Source: Sphaerochaetaceae bacterium (GTDB taxonomy: Bacteria > Spirochaetota > Spirochaetia > Sphaerochaetales > Sphaerochaetaceae). From it: DNA of 64,000 nucleotides. Within the stretch, counting starts at the first letter, position 1; each line of letters begins with the position of its first letter. The notes under the pieces were generated by a model. That model saw only the letters and a program-made list of their open reading frames with translations, searched no databases and was not told the DNA's origin. Where the stretch lies: contig JAZLEZ010000008.1 in the NCBI GenBank assembly GCA_045615505.1, positions 12,507 through 76,506 of the forward strand, in the 5' to 3' direction. This document shows, piece after piece, positions 58,648-64,000 of this stretch. The translations under genes and the position numbers were made by a program.

Positions 58648-61164
58648 ATGGAAAACAACAAATCAGTAAGGTATCTTAAAGACAGTCAGTCAATTGCACA
58701 GGATTTCGCAGAACATCTGAAATATGATGAAGACTCAGACGAATTTCACAGAACAGCCGAAGGCAGATACGAAGCCTTGGCCCATACAGTAAGGGACAGA
58801 ATTGTTCACCAGTGGAATGTTTCCAGAAAAACACAGCGACAGAACAGTGTAAAACGGGTTTATTACCTTTCTCTGGAATTTCTTATGGGAAGGGCAATGA
58901 CCAATAACATCAACAACATGGGAATCATGAATGAAGTTACAGAGGCTATGAAAGAGCTCGGTTACTCCTATGAGGACTTGGCGGAAACAGAACCGGATGC
59001 CGGTTTGGGAAACGGCGGATTGGGCAGACTTGCCGCATGTTTCCTTGACTCTCTGGCAACATTGGACATCCCTTCGTTCGGTTACGGAATCAAATACAAC
59101 TACGGCATCTTCAAACAGAGAATAGAAAACGGCTACCAGTTTGAACAGCCGGACAACTGGCTCAGATACGGAAACCAATGGGAAATTCCGCGTTCAGATC
59201 TCAGATATGAAATCAATTTCGGCGGTGAGGTAAAAGTCATAAACGAAAACGGAAGGGAAAACTATAAATGGGTCAATACCGACAGAGTTATCGGAATGGC
59301 CTATGATATGCCTATAATCGGATACGGCGGAAAAACAGTAAACACATTGAGACTCTGGAGTGCAAAGGCGGTTGAAGACTTCAACTTCCAGAATTTCAAC
59401 AACGGGGACTACACTCAGGCAGTCAGAGATAAGGTACTTGCAGAAAACATCTCACAGGTTCTCTATCCCAACGACCAGCAGTATATGGGCAAGGTTCTCA
59501 GACTTAAACAGCAGTACTTCTTCGTTGCATGCTCTCTTGCGGATATAATCAGGCGTTTCAAGAGAGAAAATGTCAAGTGGGCCCGCTTCCCTGAATTTGC
59601 TGCAATTCAGCTGAATGACACACATCCTTCAATTGCAGTTGCGGAACTGATGAGAATCCTTGTAGATATTGAAAACATTGATTGGGATGAAGCATGGGAA
59701 ATAACAAAACAGACATTTGCCTATACAAACCATACTCTTATGCCGGAAGCTCTTGAAAAGTGGTCTGTTCCCCTGCTTCAGGAAATACTTCCCCGTCATA
59801 TGCAGATTATTTATGAAATCAATCAGCGTTTTCTTCAGCATGCCATAACATATTTTCCTACAGACAGACAGCAGGAAGCCATCAGAAAGGTCAGCATAAT
59901 AGAAGAAACGGATCCGAAAAATGTAAGAATGGCAAATCTGGCAATTATCGGAAGCCATGCAGTCAACGGAGTTGCCCAGCTTCACACAAATCTTCTGAAA
60001 GAACAGATGTTCCCTGAATTCAACATCATCTATCCGGAGAAATTCCAGAATAAGACAAACGGAATCACACCCAGACGCTGGCTGCTCAGTGCAAACCCAA
60101 AGCTTGCTTCCCTTATCACTGATACAATCGGAAGTGACTGGATTACAAATGCAGACGAACTCGTAAAACTCAAACCTTATGCAGATGATGCATCTTTTGC
60201 ATACGAATTTGCCAAAATCAAGGAAGAAAACAAACAACGCGTTGCCAAGTGGCTGAAAAATGACTGCGGCTTGATAATCAATCCTTGTTCCGTTTTTGAT
60301 GTTCAGGTCAAGAGAATCCATGAATACAAAAGACAGATGCTCAATGCCATAAATGTAGTTATGACATATCAGCGTCTGAAAAACGACAGCAGCTACAGAG
60401 AAAACTTCGTGCCTGTAAGTTATCTGTTCGGCGGAAAAAGCGCACCCGGTTATGTAAACGCAAAGCAATCCATCAAGTTTATCAGCAGCATCGCTTCCGT
60501 AATCAATTCAGACAAACAGACAAAGAACCTGTTGCAGGTACACTTCCTTCCGGATTACCGGGTATCTATGGCAGAACAGATAATTCCCGCAACGAATATT
60601 TCCGAGCAGATTTCCACTGCCGGTCTTGAAGCATCCGGTACCGGAAATATGAAATTTATGATGAACGGTGCTTTGACAATAGGAACTCTTGACGGTGCAA
60701 ATGTTGAAATTCAGCAGGAAGCCGGAAGTGAAAACTGTTTCATCTTCGGACATACGGAAGACCAGATCAGCGCAATGAGAGACTTCTACAATCCTTGGGA
60801 TTTCATCAACAGTGATGAAGAAATACTCAATACGGTTAATATCATCAGAAACAACTATTTCAATGTCAGTGAGCCGGAAGCTTTCACCAACCTTCTTTCA
60901 GATATTTTCGAGCACGGGGACAGATACTTCATCTTTGCAGATTTGAGAATGTATGCAGACAGAAAAGATGAGATGCTCAATCTTTACAGAGATAATTTTG
61001 ACGACTTTGTCAAAAAAGCAATTCTCAATGTTGCATCCAGCGGAAAGTTCAGTTCCGACAGAACAATCCGTGAATATGCAAATGACATCTGGGGCGTAGG
61101 TTCATGCTGTGTTCCGAACGGTTCGGATCAGAATACAATACTTGAAGATGCAAAAAACTACTGA
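58648..61164 (+). CDS. glgP: Glycogen/maltodextrin phosphorylase
   Basis: 838 aa. Contains 'GLGNGGLGRLAACFLDS' and the PLP-lysine block 'EASGTGNMKFMMNGALTIGTLDGANVE'. Confidence 0.95.
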   Translation: MENNKSVRYLKDSQSIAQDFAEHLKYDEDSDEFHRTAEGRYEALAHTVRDRIVHQWNVSRKTQRQNSVKRVYYLSLEFLMGRAMTNNINNMGIMNEVTEAMKELGYSYEDLAETEPDAGLGNGGLGRLAACFLDSLATLDIPSFGYGIKYNYGIFKQRIENGYQFEQPDNWLRYGNQWEIPRSDLRYEINFGGEVKVINENGRENYKWVNTDRVIGMAYDMPIIGYGGKTVNTLRLWSAKAVEDFNFQNFNNGDYTQAVRDKVLAENISQVLYPNDQQYMGKVLRLKQQYFFVACSLADIIRRFKRENVKWARFPEFAAIQLNDTHPSIAVAELMRILVDIENIDWDEAWEITKQTFAYTNHTLMPEALEKWSVPLLQEILPRHMQIIYEINQRFLQHAITYFPTDRQQEAIRKVSIIEETDPKNVRMANLAIIGSHAVNGVAQLHTNLLKEQMFPEFNIIYPEKFQNKTNGITPRRWLLSANPKLASLITDTIGSDWITNADELVKLKPYADDASFAYEFAKIKEENKQRVAKWLKNDCGLIINPCSVFDVQVKRIHEYKRQMLNAINVVMTYQRLKNDSSYRENFVPVSYLFGGKSAPGYVNAKQSIKFISSIASVINSDKQTKNLLQVHFLPDYRVSMAEQIIPATNISEQISTAGLEASGTGNMKFMMNGALTIGTLDGANVEIQQEAGSENCFIFGHTEDQISAMRDFYNPWDFINSDEEILNTVNIIRNNYFNVSEPEAFTNLLSDIFEHGDRYFIFADLRMYADRKDEMLNLYRDNFDDFVKKAILNVASSGKFSSDRTIREYANDIWGVGSCCVPNGSDQNTILEDAKNY

Positions 61165-62014
61165 TAATGCATTGCTGAGACTTCTTCTCTCAATGTTCAT
61201 CTTCGGAACGGTAGGTGTTGTAAGGAAGTTTGTTGTCTTTCCTTCTGCCTTTGTTGCCGGAGTCAGAGGAATTACTGGTGCATTATTTCTCATGTGTTTC
61301 AACAGAAAGTTCAACAAGGAGGCTGTAAAGAAAGATCTGATTCTGCTCATTACAGCCGGAGTACTTGTAGGTTTCAACTGGATTCTGTTTTTTGAAAGTC
61401 AGCGCTTTACATCTATTGCAGTCTCAACCATGTGTTACTACACCGCACCAATAATGGTAATACTGATTTCTCCCCTCATACTGAAAGAAAAGCTTACATT
61501 GCGAAAAATCATTGCAACCGTTTTAGCTGCGTTAGGAGTAGTTCTTTTGGCAGGAAAAGCAGAAGGTGCATCCGTAAAAGGAGTCACACTCGGACTTTTG
61601 GCTGCAATAGGATATGCCACACAGCTTTTTGTAAATAAATTTGTTAAAAACACAGAAGGTTTGGACAGGACTGTTGTTCCGATTTTTACTGCCGGGATAG
61701 TCAGTCTGCCGTATTCTCTGGCAACGGAGACAATACCTGCTCCGGACTTCAGATCAATTATTTTTCTTGCGGTAATTTGTATTGTTCATACCGGTATTGC
61801 CTATGCATTGTACTTTTCAAGCATTAAATACTTACAGGCGCAGACTGCAGCTTTGGGAAGCTTTCTTGATCCGGCTACTGCAGTAATATGTTCAACGCTC
61901 ATTCTCCGAGAAGAGATTTCACTGTATTCGGCAATAGGTTGTATGCTTATATTTGCAGCAATTCTGACAGCTTCAGAGCAACTTGCAAAACGAACTTTAA
62001 TAAATCAGGCGTAG
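61148..62014 (+). CDS. EamA/DMT-family transporter
   Basis: ORF 61109..62014. The ATG at 61148 (MQKTTDNALLRLL) is preferred and overlaps the glgP end by 17 nt. It has ~10 TM helices and two EamA-like halves. The last ~13 codons plus the stop lie inside repeat copy C. Confidence 0.75.
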   Translation: MQKTTDNALLRLLLSMFIFGTVGVVRKFVVFPSAFVAGVRGITGALFLMCFNRKFNKEAVKKDLILLITAGVLVGFNWILFFESQRFTSIAVSTMCYYTAPIMVILISPLILKEKLTLRKIIATVLAALGVVLLAGKAEGASVKGVTLGLLAAIGYATQLFVNKFVKNTEGLDRTVVPIFTAGIVSLPYSLATETIPAPDFRSIIFLAVICIVHTGIAYALYFSSIKYLQAQTAALGSFLDPATAVICSTLILREEISLYSAIGCMLIFAAILTASEQLAKRTLINQA

Positions 62015-62032
62015 AGGTATTTTCAAAACTGC
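61972..62032 (+). repeat. Dispersed repeat, copy C
   Basis: 61972-62007 matches the reverse complement of 30468-30503 at 35/36. The second 20-mer, AGAGGTATTTTCAAAACTGC (62013-62032), is related to 8423-8442. Confidence 0.75.
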
Positions 62033-62084
62033 CTTCAAAAATCTTGAATTTGCCTTTCCGTTTAAAAACACATTTTTGCTAATT

Positions 62085-62777
62085 TCATAATACACAAAGT
62101 ATTTGAGCAAGAACGGAAAATAAGGGTGCAAAAATGAGTGCGGGAGTAAAATTCCCGCTCTTGAATTTTTTAATATCCAGAAGTCCCAGCCCTATCATAA
62201 TCAGCAAAACTCCGCCGGCTGCCGAAAGTTCAGTAATTCCCGCTGTACCCAGAACCGGCTCAATCCAAGAACCTGCCAATGTGAAAAAACCTTGATATAC
62301 AAGAATAAACAAACAGGAAAATACAACTCCGATTCCATAAATTGAGCCGAACACAACTGCCATACAACCATCCATAACGGATTTAATGAGAATTGTCTGA
62401 TAATCTCCTGCAGTTCCCGCCTGAATTGAGCCTACAACAGCCATTGCACCGCTGCAGAACAAAACACTCGCATTCATAAAACCTATTGCAAAGTTTGAGG
62501 ATGAATAAGATGTAGTCTTTGACAGTTTTTCTCCGAGAGCCAATACTCTTTCTTCAATTTTCAGAATATAGCCGACAGTTCCACCTGCAAGCATTGCAAG
62601 AAGCAAGACAAGAAAGTTTACGGATTGCAGAGCCATTTGTATTCCCATAACTATCGTAATTATTCCGGAACATGAAAAAACAACTTCCTTAAAAGACTGA
62701 GAAACGCGTTTTCCTATCAACAGACCTAAGAATCCGCCGACAATTACAGTTAAACAATTTATAAACACTGCAAGCAT
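62085..62777 (-). CDS. DUF554-family (YqgA-like) membrane protein
   Basis: The N-terminus 'MLAVFINCLTVIVGGFLGLLIGKR' and the polytopic glycine-rich TM profile match my recollection of DUF554 proteins. Confidence 0.6.
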   Translation of the reverse strand: MLAVFINCLTVIVGGFLGLLIGKRVSQSFKEVVFSCSGIITIVMGIQMALQSVNFLVLLLAMLAGGTVGYILKIEERVLALGEKLSKTTSYSSSNFAIGFMNASVLFCSGAMAVVGSIQAGTAGDYQTILIKSVMDGCMAVVFGSIYGIGVVFSCLFILVYQGFFTLAGSWIEPVLGTAGITELSAAGGVLLIMIGLGLLDIKKFKSGNFTPALIFAPLFSVLAQILCVL

Positions 62778-62827
62778 GAGCCAAATTGTAATTAATTGTG
62801 ATACAATTAGTCAAAGGAATTTCTGCT

Positions 62828-63451
62828 ATGAATATAGTAATGCTTGCTGCCGGTCTTTCAAAAAGAATGGGAAAAACTAATAAACTTCTTATTCCCTGCT
62901 TCGGAACTACAATGATAAACCACTGTGCTTTAACGGCATTGAAATATCTTGAAACCCTTAATGAAGAATCCCATCTGATTGTCGTAACGGGATACAGACA
63001 CAGAAGTACGGAAAAAGCACTTGAAACTTGCAGGTTATTCGTAGAACAAACAAAAGCTCCCATTATTTTTACTGTTGTAAAAAATCCGGACTACGAAAAA
63101 GGACAATTTACTTCCGTAAAAGCAGGAGTCAAAGAGCTGAAAGACGGAGAAAACTTTTTCATCTCACTTGCAGATATGCCTTTCATAAAAGCAGAGCACT
63201 ACTCCGAAATATCTTCGGCTTTAGAAAACCATGATGCAATACGCCCTAAAGTAAACGGAGTTCCGGGACACCCCGTTTTTTTGAAAAGTTCAATAAAAGA
63301 TGCAATTCTTTCGGCAAAAAAGACAGAGAAAGTCTCGGATATCCTCAAGAATTATGATTTGTTCGAGTACGAAACAGATAATACTGAAATGATTGCAGAT
63401 ATTGATAATCCGGATGATATCAGTTGCTGTCTATCAGATTCTGTCCGTTAA
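62828..63451 (+). CDS. MobA/MocA-like nucleotidyltransferase (NTP_transf_3)
   Basis: The ATG at 62828 gives 'MNIVMLAAGLSKRMGKTNKLL' (glycine-rich NTP loop). Also 'SLADMPFI' and 'GHPVF'. Confidence 0.7.
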   Translation: MNIVMLAAGLSKRMGKTNKLLIPCFGTTMINHCALTALKYLETLNEESHLIVVTGYRHRSTEKALETCRLFVEQTKAPIIFTVVKNPDYEKGQFTSVKAGVKELKDGENFFISLADMPFIKAEHYSEISSALENHDAIRPKVNGVPGHPVFLKSSIKDAILSAKKTEKVSDILKNYDLFEYETDNTEMIADIDNPDDISCCLSDSVR

Positions 63452-64000
63452 AATCGGATTGAATTTCAACAGCATCAACGGATTTAAGTTTTCTGTCAAC
63501 CGCACGCTGTCTGACAAATGCATTTTCAACTTCCTTAGAAGCACTTGCCAGTTTGTCCTGAACCCTTTCCAGAGTTCCGGCAAACTTTCCGAATTCGGTT
63601 TTCACCTGTCCCAGTACATGCCAGACTTCAGCACTCTTTTTTTCAATGGCAAGCGTTCTGAAACCCATCTGCAGACTGTTAAGCAAACTTGCAAGAGTTG
63701 CAGGACCTGCAAGCATTACATGATAATCGTGCTGAAGTTTTTCCTGCATACCCGGTATTGCCAAAATTTCAGCATACAAACCTTCTATAGGAAGGAACAT
63801 GACTGCAAAATCCGTTGTATTGGGAACATCAATGTATTTCTCTGAAATATCTTTTGCTTCGTCTTTGATTCTTCTTTCCAAAGAAGTCCTGTAAAGCTGA
63901 ATCTGTTCGGCATCTCCGTTTTGTGTTGCATCACACAACCTCTCGTAATCTTCACGCGGAAATTTCGAGTCAACAGGCATAAGAACCGGCTGATCGTCGC
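63420..64000 (-). CDS. rmuC: DNA recombination protein RmuC, C-terminal part; the N-terminus runs off the right edge
   Basis: Contains 'FAVMFLPIEGLYAEIL', 'VMLAGPATLASLLNSLQMGFRTLAIEKKSAEVW' and 'VKTEFGKFAGTLERVQDKL'. The frame stays open from 63980 to 64000. Confidence 0.85.
   Translation of the reverse strand, partial: DDQPVLMPVDSKFPREDYERLCDATQNGDAEQIQLYRTSLERRIKDEAKDISEKYIDVPNTTDFAVMFLPIEGLYAEILAIPGMQEKLQHDYHVMLAGPATLASLLNSLQMGFRTLAIEKKSAEVWHVLGQVKTEFGKFAGTLERVQDKLASASKEVENAFVRQRAVDRKLKSVDAVEIQSDFNGQNLIDSN

Noticed and set aside
59629-60468. A 279-aa minus-strand ORF, the longest unexplained ORF in the window.
   Set aside because: It lies entirely antisense to glgP, which has the diagnostic PLP-lysine block. 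Its composition is Cys/Phe/Ile-rich and typical of reverse-frame translation.
63420-63451. A 32-nt convergent overlap between the MobA-like gene and the rmuC 3' end.
   Set aside because: Both frames look genuine up to their stops, and short convergent overlaps are common in compact genomes. There is no additional signal.
1-64000. A scan for CRISPR arrays, tandem repeats, IS or transposase genes, integrases, prophage genes, toxin-antitoxin pairs, restriction-modification genes or other defence genes.
   Set aside because: None found. Every ORF longer than 100 aa that is not a shadow ORF is accounted for by the features listed.

Overview
This 64-kb chromosomal segment is moderately A+T-rich by eye. 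It is almost entirely housekeeping, and most genes lie on the minus strand. Three things look spirochaete/Treponema-like, which is an inference and not a database result: the EF-Tu sequence, a secY-rpmJ junction without adk/map/infA, and the many lipobox proteins alongside a trimeric [FeFe] hydrogenase.

Left third:
- A tightly packed minus-strand operon: priA (edge-truncated), family-4 UDG, truA, a YbbR-like gene, cdaA, an M16 peptidase and a lipoprotein.
- A divergent plus-strand cluster of four unassignable exported or membrane proteins (8555-12502).
- thrS, hydC-hydB-hydA, an EEP-family lipoprotein, and nifU-nifS-surE with a degenerate galactokinase-like gene.
- rpmE, rho, the cinA-lnt-hup-rpsT block and ricT.

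Middle (30.5-58.5 kb): one uninterrupted minus-strand translation/transcription super-cluster. In transcription order it runs tRNA-Thr, rpmG, tRNA-Trp, secE, nusG, rplKAJL, rpoBC, rpsLG, tuf, then the S10, spc and alpha operons down to rplQ.

Right end: glgP, an EamA transporter, a DUF554 protein, a MobA-like nucleotidyltransferase and rmuC (edge-truncated).

I recovered by hand several genes the ORF track missed: rpmJ, secE, rpmG, two tRNAs, priA and the rmuC extension.

I found no CRISPR array, transposase, integrase, phage gene or recognisable defence gene, and I do not see a convincing novel multi-gene system. The items most worth a second look are:
- a dispersed repeat family with three loci, one of them an inverted doublet
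- an unexplained ~390-nt spacer upstream of tuf, visibly richer in G+C over its first ~100 nt
- a 252-nt rplK leader that resembles the 23S L1 stalk
- a triplicated module inside rpoB
- a galactokinase-fold protein whose catalytic motifs are all lost
- a glycine-zipper lipoprotein paired with a two-TM protein, inside the hypothetical cluster
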